A DNA stretch of 64,000 nucleotides from Diadema antillarum (Eukaryota), in NCBI RefSeq assembly GCF_040938485.1, contig NW_027271377.1, forward strand, positions 1 through 64,000, written 5' to 3'. The translations under genes were made by a program, and so were the position numbers. Positions 1-14,000 of the stretch are shown here, piece after piece; within the stretch, counting starts at the first letter, position 1, and each line of letters opens with the position of its first letter. The notes beneath the pieces were generated by a model. The model did no database searches. It was not told the origin of the DNA and saw nothing but the letters and a program-made list of their open reading frames with translations.

Positions 1-180
1 CTCCCATTACAACGAAGTTCTTGGGACCAGCAGTTTTCTTTCGTTATATCTAAATTTCCTTATAACCGAACAAATAAACAATGTAAATACATAGAGTGGA
101 TGATGTTGTGGCCTGAATTTTTACTTCGTTGTAACCGGAATTTCGTTACAACCGTGTTCTTTATACGGAAGTGCACTGTA
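1..180. mobile_element. End of a TA-flanked (Tc1/mariner/pogo-type) MITE
   Basis: Repeated CGTTA(T/C)AAC motifs, terminating ...GCACTGTA. Confidence 0.45.
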
Positions 181-1286
181 TTACAAAAGGTGAGACCTAC
201 AAACATGCTAATTTTGCATTACACAAATTCATGTCAAAATCCTCCTATACCACCCAAGTATTACACATTCTATTTCTTAATCTATCTTTCTTTCTCTTTC
301 TCAAATCTAGTTACTGATAATGTTTAGGTATAGCTCTTTCCTTTTTTCCTCCATCTATACCTTCGTCTTCCTGGAAGCCTTCAATACACTATGTAATGTC
401 TTTGTACTGTTGACACATTCAGATGCTTGTAGGCAAAGCCACAACCCATTCCTCCATACATGGAGCACATTAAAGTCGTTCCCGCAAGCAGTGAGTCATA
501 CACGCACATCCACATACGCCATTGCACACTCACTCTATCTCTCTCATACATGCACAGTTATACATAGTATACAAACTCACATAAACACATACACATACCT
601 TACACTATCTCTCCCTCTCTCTCTCTTTCTCTCTCTCTCTGTCTCTCACATGCATACTCAGACATACTCATTGCCCTCTTCTCATCTCTTGCTTTCTCCT
701 ATGTGTATGCACATACATACACACACACATACAGACACACACATACATTCTCTCTCCCACATTATGTAAATGTACATGTATGCACCCTCCCTCCCAACAC
801 ACACACACACACTATAACACATCCAGTCATTGACAAACATCCATACACATGAGTACCTCTGTCATGCATTTAAGCGAATGCAACCACACAGAGTCACATT
901 ATACAGACATATAGACAAAAACACACACTTGTACACAAACACACAATTTCTAACATACAAAAATGTACATACACACATCCCCCCCCCCCCATAAAAACAA
1001 AATATAACACATCCAGAACACTGACAAACACTCATACACCTGAGTACCTCTGCCATGCATAACATGTTAGCAGTTGCAGAGGTGTCACATATTATCCACC
1101 CAATTACCTACCAGTACTTTATCTTATGCCTAATGTTACACCTATACACATGATATAACCCTGAGGACATCTAGACTTATATCATATCACAGGAAGTTTC
1201 ATACCTCATAAGGGACAGCAGCACTATATCCATGCAGTGAAAAAATGAAAAATGTCAAAAATGGAAAATGTCAGTGAGAGGCAATT

Positions 1287-1710
1287 AAAGACCATCTATT
1301 GTTTGTCTGAACAAAATTCTACGAGATGACAGAGACCGTGTCTCTTGTATATCAGTGAAAATTTGAGAGAGGTAAGCTAAAAACAGCTTTATTGTATACA
1401 TCGGCCAAATTTTGTAATATTTAAGAAAAAGACAATCTCTATTGTATATTAGTGAGAATTTGAGAGATACATATGACAAAGACAACCTGTATTCTATAAT
1501 GATGAAATTTTGAAACATATATACGACAAAGGCCATATCCGCCGTGTATTGGTGAGAATTGGAGAGCTACAATATATATGACAAAGACCATCTGTATTAT
1601 GATATAATGGTATTTGGTTAACAACTGCGACACAGAAGACAGACAGCATCTCCTTTGCATATAGAGGTGAAAATTTGAGATATAAGACAGAGACCATTTC
1701 TACTGTCTGT
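1287..1710. repeat. Degenerate tandem repeat, about 100-bp unit, about 4 copies
   Basis: GTGA(A/G)AATT(T/G)GAGA recurs near 1356, 1452, 1552 and 1667, with AAAGAC(C/A)A.CT motifs. Confidence 0.6.
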
Positions 1711-1915
1711 GAGTTATTTCTGACAGCATCTTACAAGCAGTCAAAGGAACTTTTTGTCCTGCGTTCAATCGTTCAATACACCAAAAACCATTCTCTGTGT
1801 CTCTTCGCCAACAAAGTACATGACAAATGCCACATAAATGGCACAAAAGTCATCACATCAGTTGATACAGCAATGTTGAGGTGCTACAATCCACCATAAA
1901 AGCTGCCTGAGTTTC

Positions 1916-2170
1916 TACTACTATATACACCATATATTTCAGAGGTTTTTATTTTCGCCAATTTTGCAAGTTGGGTGCTTTTCATGAATTTAATAGTTTT
2001 AAAAGTGAAAATATCAACTCTGATTCCTTCATGAATAATACATACACGCATATGTTTTTTCATCCATTGGTGTACTCCACAATCGCAAATGTATCTACTC
2101 TTGTAAATGTTGGGAAATCCCGATTTGCGAAAAATTAACCTCACTAAACATTATTTTGGCACATACAGTA
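1916..2170. mobile_element. TACTGTA...TACAGTA MITE, old and CpG-decayed copy
   Basis: Termini TACTATATAC...ATACAGTA; colinear with 13786-14021. Confidence 0.65.
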
Positions 2171-2970
2171 GATCATTCATTCTCAAGCACCTGTTTAGAC
2201 TTCTTCCTTGAAATTTTCTTTGAACTCTTTCCTCTACAAAACTATTCCCCCTTCATCCCTTCCCCTTTCAAATAAAAAGAAAATATTGTCTCTTGGGAAT
2301 GATTCTCATTACGCGACTCGAAAGGAAGCACACATGGTCCTTACCCAAGGAAAAATTTTGAGGACAGAATGGTCTACCATCACCGCCCTACTCATGTGCG
2401 AGCCTTTGGGATGATGGAAGACTCATACACATCAATCACCCAACTGACATTTCGATGCTCATCAGACTATGAAATGCATGTGACCTTTGCCTTCATTCCT
2501 AATTTTGTTTTTTATTTGTTAGTTGACTGTTGTTGCTGTTGTCTTTTTTATTTCTGCTTCTCATATGTATTTTATACATCATGACTTGATGAAATAATGT
2601 GCTTATCTACAAGTGCATAATGTTGGCATAATTGCTTTCTCGTATGAGGAACCTCAAAAGTGGGGGAGTATGTCCCACCACCATTTTTCATTTTGGTAAA
2701 ATTTCTTGATCATGTGCAACGAGTGTCTGTTATAATGTGTCTTTCCCAGACGGCATAAGCAGAGAATATGACTCTGAAACAGCTTCCAGTGGAAAGTCCA
2801 GCGCAGTGAAAATATCCATGGAAACAGAATGATAATAGCTGTCTGCACGACTGTTTTCTTTTTTATTTGTTTCTTTTTTTTTCCAAAAAGTATGTAATCA
2901 CTATCACAAACATCATGGTTCTATGACCTACTGGAAACACTGTTATATTCTATTGGATCTGAGCATATTT

Positions 2971-3137
2971 GGGCAATTACCCCCCAGCTAAATACTAGTT
3001 AATGGTAAGGTTAGAGTAAAGATTAGGATTAGGGTTAGGATTAGGGTTACAATAAGGTTCAGGATTAGGATTACGATTAGGATTAGGGCCACAGGGAGGG
3101 TCAGGGGTAATTCCCCAGGGGGTAATTGCTCTAGGCC
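2971..3137 (+). mobile_element. Helentron/HINE-like short element with TTAGGG-like internal array
   Basis: GGGCAATTACCCCC ... GGGGGTAATTGC inverted ends around (TTAGG[G/A])n; an inverted homolog lies at 27175-27325. Confidence 0.55.
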
Positions 3138-3821
3138 AGATCTGAGACATTATCAAGTTGTTCATCATTGATCAATCACTTCACTGTCCGAATAACATAC
3201 ACGTCATCTGAGACGGTAACACTAACGAGAAATTCCCAAGTACAGTATCGGATGAAAACCACTGCTTTCATGCATGCAGAATATCAGCTAAATGGGCAAA
3301 CTCTCACTTTCGCACTGACATCAGCCTGCCAACAAGACAGTTATATCACTTGCACTCTCATGACCTTGATCCCAGCCTAAGCAATGCATTTTACATCACC
3401 TAATAGTCAGAAAATACACAAGAACAAAAAAACACACAAATACAATCATTCTCACTGCTGACATTCTTAAACAATGTAATTTTACTATTATGATAGTCTC
3501 CATACCAAGATTTTGAATGTAGTATCACACATGAAGGACATACCATATACCACCCCTGCCTAATCATTACACACTCCTCTCATTAACTGTATATCATCTC
3601 CATGCGCTTGAAATGTTTCATGGGGTCAGCAAAGTACGCTTATGACCTCAGTCAGTTGAAATGTTCAAGGCCCAGCTTACATGACCAGTGGCTAAAACTA
3701 ACAATAATTCTAAAATCTCTCTTAATCTCAGTACTGTAACTTCACAAAGTGAATCAAAACCTGTATTTCACCCATCTGATGGTTTGACCTTTGACACTGA
3801 GCTTGGGTTCATTCGACTTAC

Positions 3822-3935
3822 CTTGATTGCAGAGGTCATAACAGCATTGGCGGCCAGCGTCATTCCGTCCCTTCCCACTCGTTTGAGGGCCTCATAACCC
3901 CTAGTACTAGCTTGGTTGATGTACTCATCGATTTC
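3822..3935 (-). CDS. REEP1/2/3/4: REEP exon 5 ([38 protein letters not shown])
   Basis: cgctatcaag|GAA ATC GAT...ATC AAG|gtaagt; 114 nt. Confidence 0.96.
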
Positions 3936-6900
3936 CTTGATAGCGATAGTGGAAAATGACAGATTGAAATGAAGTGTAATGAATACCCACACATAGACAC
4001 TTTTCTAGACTGTTTGTTACAAAATCTCAGACTCCATCAATTAGGAATGTGAGCTGGAAGTGAAATTGGGCAGTGTCATGATTTTTACATAAGGAATGAC
4101 AAGCAGACTTGGAAACTTCACAGGCCTCAAAATCAGCATTCAGATGCAACATTTTAATCTATATCACATCATCAATCCAGCGTTACGTACATCATCAAAT
4201 TGTGCATCTACTTTGGATGAAATGGTTACACTTCTAGTTACAAACTTATATCTTTTGTACAGTCTTTATAGCAAACATCACAGGTCAACATTGTTGTATT
4301 TTGCAAAATATATCTGATCATCAGCATATTTTTACGCAAACAAGAGGTAGCTGTTTGTTTCTCATCAGCTTTTCACAGCTCAGGGGCAATCAGAAGAAAT
4401 AGGAACAACTCTCGCAAACATGTAAATATTACTCTGTAGCTGCACATATGATATCCTGTCTTGTTTGGAGGATGGACAGAGGAAAAACAAGAAATTACAC
4501 AGTGTCAGAGTTTACATGGAAAGAGCTCCGGGGCTTTAACAATTCATACAGGGCACTGAAAATCTGATACTCCCCGATGCTGTTGGAACAATTTCAGCAA
4601 TTCGCCATTTTAAGAGGCTTACACCAGCACCTTGGGAGTAGCTCGGTGAACAGAATGTACCCTTGCATGCCTCAAGAAAGGATCGGATCAGTATCTGGTG
4701 CTAAAAGCTAGATAGAAGAGCGTCTGATTGCAAAAACACAACTCCTTTTCCCTCTGGTGTGTATTTTCTGTTTGTTCCTTCCTTTTTCTCTGCTTTGTTC
4801 CGAATTCTGGGTGTAAACATGATCGGTGCTCACTTCAACTTGGTTTTCATAGCTAAAATTAATACAGCTCTCACAAAGAATTGACACAAACAGGATGGCA
4901 AAAACAAAATTTCAACTATCTTTATTACATTTGAATACATTTTTGCATTGCTCCCTTGGGGCTTTTCACTCCTTGTTTTGTTTTGTTTGTCTGTTTTTTG
5001 TTTCGTTATTCAGAAAGCAAGCTAAAATTTGCTGCTTTGTTTTTTGAGGTCTCTTTCAGACTGGTATTTCATATACATACTGCATTATAGTCAGTTTGAA
5101 AAAAAAAAATATACACATATGTAAGTTATAAAAAGATTCTCATACTGACACATATTTCAGATATGTGGATTTCTAGAGCTTTAAAAGAAGCAGGTCTCAT
5201 ACCTATGTCACAGAATTCATGTATTACCAAAGCTAAATGCTTTAATGTTTTACAAGATCTCCTTTTTGCAAACTACTTCATACCAAAAGCTTATTAGATA
5301 GACTTATGGTTTAATGTTTTCGATCATGGGACATACATGTGTTCCACTAATTCCTTTTGCCTTTGCTTAGAACATCTTAAAGTTACATAAAAACAAAAAT
5401 ATTTGGATTTTGAATGTAAATAATGTCGCATATTGACTCACAACCCTTTGTGTGGTAAAGAGACCCAAGCGATGCTTATAAAAAGAGTGCAACCATCAAA
5501 CAAATAACACATGATGAATTTGCTTGAGAAGGAAATAAAGTAAATGACAGCAATCAGCAGTTCGTCTTCCGACTTCAGGAATGACCGTTATCTTGACAAT
5601 CCTGGAGGCAACCATACAACGAGATGACATTAGGGAAGCCAAAACTCAAAGCCCATAAATCACACTCACACAAATTCTATTTTGAGGGCATGGCATCTTA
5701 ATTGGTATAATTGTCATCTCGTTTCGCCTCCTCTGACTCCGTACTCCTGGTGNNNNNNNNNNNNNNNNNNNNNNNNNNNNNNNNNNNNNNNNNNNNNNNN
5801 NNNNNNNNNNNNNNNNNNNNNNNNNNNNNNNNNNNNNNNNNNNNNNNNNNNNNNNNNNNNNNNNNNNNNNNNNNNNNNNNNNNNNNNNNNNNNNNNNNNN
5901 NNNNTTGCTCCCATGAAATTTCTGTCCCCTTTCACTCTTCTATAGATGCATATTCATCCCACGCATCTTTCTTCAGTTCGATTCACAATAATGCTTCTTT
6001 ACAACAACAACAAAACAAAAAAAAGGCTAAAAATAACCTGCATGTGCCTTGATAGACTGATCACTTATCAACGCTCTTCTCTCAAGCAAATTAAAACTCG
6101 AAACCTTGGGAACACGTTCAGCAGTTTCTAAATTTGGTATCATCAACATGATAAGGTAAGGAAGGGTCTGGATGTATAGACTAGCCAATGCCTCGTTTCT
6201 CCCCTGTGGCATCTTGCAGAGAGGGATGCGTATATTGCATGTGATTAATTGTAAATATCTCTGCACCAAAGACATCTACATCAGTGATTTGTGTTTCACC
6301 TCTCTCTCTCTCTCTCTACGCCGATGCCGCACCATCTCTGCTAATTTTCGACTTGTGACACAAGACTCCGCTGTGCTCCCGGCTGTGGCGACGCAAGTGT
6401 CTGAACTTTTCTCTTCATGTTTGTATGTGAATCATCTTACTAGAAATAATATGGTGGTCACATTCAACTTAACTTACAGAAAAGAACATTTTTTTTTTCC
6501 TGAGTGTATTTGTGACTCATGCAATGAGTTGACTATGAGTTATAACTTACGCAACCTACTGAATGCAGACAGAATAGCAGTGATGGCACATTTTATAAAG
6601 AAAGTCATGGAGAAATTCAAACGATTTGATATTGGCTTGCCAGTTAGGGGCAAAGGCTTGTGTGATGTCCAGAGTATAGTCCTGAGCTTCTTTGGAAACA
6701 AGAGTGACCCCATCAAAATGAGACAAATATATTCGTAAATACAGTATTTTAGTGGCATCTCAATGCAGAAATCACCATTTTGATAACAGTATGATAGGAT
6801 AGCAATTGAGAAAGAAGGATAGATCATCTGAAAGATAAAACATACCCACAGCAATAGGTTTCACCACAATATGCTGCTCTTTTTAACTGGAATGTTGCAC

Positions 6901-8025
6901 TTTTTGGCTTTTGCATTACAGTACTTTTGTCCACTCTAATTCTGATTCTAATACTCGTGTATGTAGTTGTTCAGTAATTACTTCAATTGGCACTGCCTGA
7001 TTCTGTTTTGTTTCTGTTTTGTTATGTCCCTTTTTGTTTTTGTTTTTTGCTGTTGTTGGTGTTTTTTTTTTTCTTTTTTGGGGTGGGGGGTGGGGAAGGA
7101 TTTTCCTACTTGATTTGACACTCTAAAGCCAGGCTGACACTTGCACGACTTTTGGCCACGATTTTGTCGTGGCAAGTCGTGACCAAAATTTTGAACAATT
7201 CAAAATTCTCGTCCCGGCATGGCACGCAGGTCACGACGGGTCTACGCACACTTCACGCCAGTTTACGACTAGTTTGCGCACTGGCACAACTCGAGTCGTG
7301 CCAATGCGTGCCACAGAATCGTGCAAGTGTCAGCCTGGCTTAACCCTTAGCCTCATTTACCCACAACAGGATATACATGACCAAGCTTTTAGGATTCATT
7401 TCATCCACTTCAAATACCCTTGTGGCTCACCTGCTCTTTTTTACTTAACGTCGGATGGATGCATTTCCGGTATAAATAGGTGGAGCCCTTTGTCCAGGGT
7501 GAGATGAGCCAGAATATGAAGAGGATCTTGATTTCATAGTAAAATGGCAATCTGTGGATGGAAACAAACAAATGAGCGGAGAAAATCATAAGTTAGAAAC
7601 TGTTAAAGAGATGGGGGTAAACAGAAAGTCTGTCAAAAATGTGAAGCAATACAGAACAAGATGCGTGAAGGAGTATTATACCTTTACTTACCTGAGTCAA
7701 TGTGTACATTTGCTCAATACCAATAAGAATTAAAAGTTTTAGAGCTTCAATGTTTGTGAAACTCTCTTAACCCCTGCCCCCCCCCCAAAAAAAAAACCCT
7801 AATAAATAAATAGAGTACTTTCTCTAATATTGACCTTCTAAAGAACACTGCATGCATAGCCGTATTTACATTATATATTACATATCATATATAGTGGAAT
7901 GCATTGTGGTACACTGGGTATGGCTATGGCCCCCGGAAATAGGGAACTATAGGTTCAAGCCTTGCCTGGTGGGTCCACCCTCCCACAATATGTTTTACCT
8001 ACTGTAATCCACTTGACTCGTGTAT

Positions 8026-8063
<38 letters not shown>

Positions 8064-11000
8064 AAGAACCATATGATAGCAGGGCCCTTGGTAGAGTCTA
8101 CCCAGGGTAAACAATACCACGATGTCACTATCATCCGCATTCTCCGCTTGTCTGGTGAACTCTCTCATGAAACAATTCGCGACTGCTCCGGCCAAGTAGC
8201 TTTGATGCCTATATTGCTTCGTCCTAATCAAAGTTATCCTGCACAAATTGCTCTTGGCAGCTGTGTAGACGAGTAGAGGGCCAGTGCAGGTGAACAAGGG
8301 GTTTGATTGCTCTGTGGAGCTTCCTGTGGTGTACTTACACAGCACACACAAAGCATAGGATGTTAACTGAAAGGATAATTGCAGGGCATTACGTAAATTT
8401 TTTTTCCACGTTGGGGAATCGGGCAAGGGCTCCACATTCTACACACACGAACATCCCTTCATTTCATTTGCCCGACAGAGAATATTAATTGCCCCATGTA
8501 AAGAGGCAGGTGAGTTTGTAAGCACCTCGTGTATATACCGGCAATACAGAGCTAACATCTGGAATGAGGTATCGTGTTCAAAGCTATCTCTTTTGCAGAG
8601 CAGATGACTTCTCAGCTGTAGTCTAGATCCTGAAGGGCCTGCCTGATTGTAGCCTGGCTTTCATCTTGGGTGTGTTTAACTCTATCAGAGCAATGGCAAC
8701 AATGGCAATAGGAATAGCACTTTCAGAGAGGAAATATCATCCTGTATCATGGCAAGTAAGGCAGGGTACTTACAGAGCCACTTGCCCACCTGTCCTTGCC
8801 CAAATAGCCATTTGGGCAAGTGATAGAAACATAATAATTATCATTGTTGCTGTAATGCCATATCAGGGATAGTCCATAGCACTGGATCGAATCGTTGAAT
8901 AAAATGATCCATCCAAATCCTACCCCCCCCTTTCCTTTTTTTTTTTCTCTCTCTCATTTTCATGAAGCATTAGTGACAAATGCCACTTCATTGGCGCAAT
9001 TGCATGTACCTTTATGAAGTGGAGCCCTGCTCCCGTTTCAAATTATGGCTAATGTCTCACCGTCATCATGGGAGACCGGTCTTCATGTTTGCATCATGAG
9101 TGATACGGGACCGACCCGACTGCAGCTCGGGTAGCTAGGGACATTTTGAGCCACCGTCACGCATAATGTGGCTCCTCCAATACTTGCACCAGCTGAAATA
9201 TTCAGGATTGCAAGATTCCTTGTGAACATGAGAAGAGAGAGAGCTTTTTTTCCCCCCGTGGGTAAAATTCATCATCTCGGAGACGTCATGGTTTATTCAC
9301 GAAAATTGATGCCCACTGAATAATGGCGAGAGTTGTCCCAAGTACAGGCATAGCTTACTACAAGCAGCCTACAAGTTTTCGCTCAAGTATTTTTAGTGTT
9401 CCTTCTTTGCTCCATTGGCTCGCCACTATTGGACTTAAAGGGGAAGGCTAGTAACCGATCAGTGGGAATCAGTGGGAATGCTGAGGGATGATTGTTCCAA
9501 TCCTTGTGGGATTCATTTAAGAGTACATTATATATCTACTGTTGTGTGAAAATTATTTGCTTCAGAACGGTCTCATATTCAAGTAATGTGCAGATTAATG
9601 CCCCGTCAGTGACCAGGGACGCTTACCTGGAAACATTAAACTGCACATTACTTGAATATGAGACCATTCTGAAGCAAATAATTCTCACACAAGAATAGAT
9701 ATATATAATGTACTCTTAAATGAATCCCACAAGGATTGGAACAATCATCCCTCAGCATTCCCACTGATTCCCAGTGATCAGTTACTAGCCATCCCCTTTA
9801 AGTAGTTTTTAACAGGTTTTTTTTTGCTACATTCCTATATATTGTGTTCCTAAACTTCATATATTTTTCTCCTCATACATTTTGTTCATTGTGTAGCTGA
9901 ATCAAAAGCATTTTGCTTAAGGCTAGACGTGCGCCTTGAGAAGAAGCTTGCGTGATTGATTCACAGTCAAAGTCTAGAACCGTGTCCACAGGGCCACGAA
10001 AAGATTTGGTGGAAGAAAGATGATCTAGCAATTGTGAATGGGCCATATCTTGAATTGTGACTTTACAAAAATTCATAACTAGTCCATGAAGTCTTTTCTC
10101 ATCTGGTCAATGCAAGAAAGGAAAAAGTTTAGAATGCCAGGATGGAGATTTTATGGTGTATGAAGAATGAGAATAGATGCTTGTTTACTGTAATACACAA
10201 TATTTTCGAGGCATGAAATTTTCGTGAATGGGAGCCGAAGGCCTTATTCGCAGCATGAAATTTTCGCGAGTTGCCTCTTAATGATATCAATGCACACGAT
10301 TCCTAATGCTCAGAGGATGTATCAATGGTCATTGAATCTAATAATGCAAATGATATGAATGTAGGACTATAACATCGTAGGGTGGATATCACAATATTAG
10401 TGAAAATGTGCTGTTTGGTATAGGTCTGCCTTCTCCCAAGTGCTTTTGTAGTTCTGTATGGTTCCTCCCATACCAGTCATTACCAAGCTTTAGATCTGCA
10501 ATGTGAATGCTAAGACGAAGCAGCCTCCAAGGTTTAACAATGGAAACAGCCGTCTCATGCACTGCAGAATACCATTTTCGGCCTAATTAGTGTCATCTTA
10601 GCATTCACGTTGCAGATTTAAAATTCAATTCGTTTTTTATTCATCCAATAAATAACACTACAGGAAATTCAAGCTTGGTATTATCTACACTGTATGTCAT
10701 CATCCTCACGTGACGCTCAGTACATAATTGAGGGCATTTGGCCTGACGGTCGCCGTCACCTTTCTCTGTGGCTAAATGTTTGGCTCGTTTTCGCAATCAC
10801 ACTGCCGTTAATTGATCTCAAGATTGCTCCAGGGTATTATTACACCAGCATAGATTTCAGGAGAGTAGACCACCTCTGTATTCTCTGTAAAGGGAAGATC
10901 CACAACTAGACTCAAGTGTTCTAAACCTGCTCAAAGCCTATCTTCATTACAGCACTTTGATACTCTACTTATGACGTTTCCTCTATACATAGTGAGAGAT

Positions 11001-14000
11001 TCCTATTTCAACAAAATTTCAGCAAATCAGTTTTTTTTTTAACAGCTTGAACACTAGAGGGATGCTGATCGAGTCCTTGGCATATACAGACACAACACAA
11101 TTATACACACACACACACACACACATACACACATACACACCACAACAACAAAAAAATGCTGTGTGACTGAATGCTTTTCAATACGATTAGTATCATGAGC
11201 ATGGATGGTATGACTATTACCTTCAGCGATACAATGAGCGTCAGTGATACATTAGCATACCTATGGGGTAGCGGTATGACAATCAGTATCGGCAGTGTCT
11301 TATCACGGCCTTGATGGCTGCTAATGCGGAGTGCCATAACCTTCAAATCAGCGACCCACTTTCCCCCCACAGATAGATAAAAAAGTGAAAGTAACTTTCA
11401 ACATCTCTGATGTCCTTCAAATGTCTCTGATGCCCACTGCATCGACTGCGACTGCGCTTGGGACTTTCAGCATACCTGTGGCCTTACAGCGTATGGTATA
11501 TAAGATGTAATTCCACTACTCGATATTGGTTTGCCCAATCTGTTGCATGAATGCACAATGCAGTGCTACTACATTCATGATTTTGAAATGAACACAAGCA
11601 ATCTCGGGATTCATCTACACCATATATCTATGTCAGTCATTAATTAATAAAAGTCTTAAATATAAATTGGTTAGTTCTACATAACCATACCTTTAATATT
11701 CCATGCTTTAAAATAGATATAAAACTGTGTAGCCTAGATGTTGGGAAACTATGACACTCAATAGATAAGTACACACTATTTTTCAGGCACCAAAGTAGAC
11801 ATCTGAATAATAATAAGGCCCCCCCCCCAAAAAAAAAAAAAAAAAAAAATGTTGTATTGGCGTAACATGAGATTTTCAAATAGGGTCGAGCGGGCGGATT
11901 TTTTTTGGGGGGTCTTTTTTTGTTTTTTTTTGCTACCTGTATTTTATGTGTAAAACTCATATTTAACAAAACCCAATTCGATAGAGATCTGTTGCATCCA
12001 AAGTGTGTTATATCACCGGTTTAAAAGCCGTCACGACATACCGGTCAGAATACGAACGAACAAATTCCTGGGCTAAATCACCAAGCGCCACAGACAAATC
12101 GATTCTCCGAATAATATCAAAAAAAATCTTCGAACCGGACTTGCCGGTCGCCAACACGCTGTACTGCGCGGCCATTTTCCGACACCAGCTATTGTTGTTG
12201 TTGTTTTTGATAATTCGCAAACCCGTATCGCGCCCTCTCTCGGTAAAAACAATGTATTTCCTTTTTGGTTTTTTGAAAAGTTCAGGGTCGGGCGGGTTAT
12301 GCCAATACAACAATTTTTTTTTTTTTGGCCTAATTGACACTTAACATAATTGACAGCATATTATGTGCCACATTTTGAAAAGTGCCTTGGTTGCTTTAAT
12401 GGTTCACATGACACAGTTTGAGTAAAATGGGAATTAATAAGCATTCAAGAGAGAGCAGATGCAAGTAAATCATTGATCAAGAGGCACGTGGTAAGGACAT
12501 CAGATTCACCTGTCTCCAATGTTCTGCTCTTGATAAATATGACATACAGTACTTACATTGAAGCAAATATATCTGCTACTGTTTCCACGCAGCTGAATAA
12601 TGCAAATACTATCCAGTACATCATCCATTTTACCTGCAATGAGAGAGAGAGAGAGAAGAGAGAAAAATGGTTTATCAGCAATTATACCAAACAATAAGAT
12701 ATGTTTTTCCACGGATAAAGCCTGTCAGAATTTTGTTTAAGGAGATCAGTTTTTTCTTTATCAAGCAATACACTTTTATCATCTATTCACTGAATGCATT
12801 TCAAAGGTTGCTGGGGGCAAAATATAGCTTATTTCATTTTTTCTTTTAAAGCAATGTAAGACTGTTTCTAACAAAAATATACTAATACTAACATTTTCAC
12901 ATGATGGACCTGTTGCATGGAAGTTGAGATCAAACGTAAGTCAGAAAATCAAACATAAGTCTCTAAATGCTCAAAAATTTTCTGGTTGGTTGATAGCTGA
13001 CTTACATGTATGTTTGATTTTCCCTCTTTCTATGCAACAGGGACCTGCATTTCCATCACATCAGATGTCACTGAAATTTGTAGCGAGTAACAGCAGAGCA
13101 CAAGAATAATGCATGGGACACTTTATTTCTACAATGAACTAAATATTACTCACAAATATCATTCTACTCAGTACTGTGACATTACAAACCTGTCGGAGTT
13201 TTCACCTCTAAAGAGACCGTGGAATGGAATTAACAAGAACTTTCAGAATTCAACCACTTCTCTTTTTTGTTTTGTCTACTTTCTATTTTTGCCTGTTCAT
13301 TCTAAGACTTTCAGGGTGTTTAATATCTCTGCATTCACTGAATCCACTGCATGTACATTTGGGGTGACTTCCCCCTTTAAAGGTAGAAATACAAGAAATA
13401 GACGGAGAGTGGGAGAAAGAGGAAGAGAGACAGGGAGAGAGCTAGACACTGCTTTTAAAGGTCCTGTAGCATGGGGAGACATGGGTGGCCTGATTAATCA
13501 ATTCATTTGCTGCCCATTAGGGTACATTCGAAAACCATGAAGAGTGCGAGTCGGCGAATGTGTGCATCGAAGTGTATGCTCAACGGTAACGATCGCCTCC
13601 AGTNNNNNNNNNNNNNNNNNNNNNNNNNNNNNNNNNNNNNNNNNNNNNNNNNNNNNNNNNNNNNNNNNNNNNNNNNNNNNNNNNNNNNNNNNNNNNNNNN
13701 NNNNNNNNNNNNNNNNNNNNNNNNNNNNNNNNNNNNNNNNNNNNNNNNAAGCTGTACACAATCTGTTTCAGGGGATTCTTGAATATACTGTATATGCCAT
13801 ATATTTCGCGAGTCTAAATTTTCGCGAATCAGGAATATTTCGCGAGTGGTTAAATTCGCGATCATGGAGTCCTGTACTGAACGGAGAAGTGTACACGCGT
13901 ACGTCACATTCACATCGGGATCAGAGTCAATATTTTCGCGTGTCTTTAATTTCGTGAATAGCACCTGACTCGCGAAATTTGCGAAAATAAAAGCCTCGCG

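Noticed and set aside
2750-2832. Plus-strand acceptor plus frame DGISREYDSETASSGKSSAVKISMETE*, resembling a terminal exon
   Set aside because: No partner exons, no recognisable homology, antisense within a REEP intron; consistent with chance.
6172-6738. 188-aa plus-strand ORF, the longest gap-free ORF in the track
   Set aside because: It runs through a (CT)n tract and matches no family I recognise. EHFFFPEC faintly resembles a LINE C-terminal zinc-knuckle remnant but is too degenerate to call.
7692-7709. ATG...CAG|GTAAGT mini-exon in intron 3 (MYTLTQ)
   Set aside because: Phase 0 is incompatible with exon 4, which needs phase 2; as an internal exon it contains a stop.
7888-7970. tRNA-like A/B boxes
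   Set aside because: No cloverleaf can be formed; treated as a SINE head rather than a tRNA gene.
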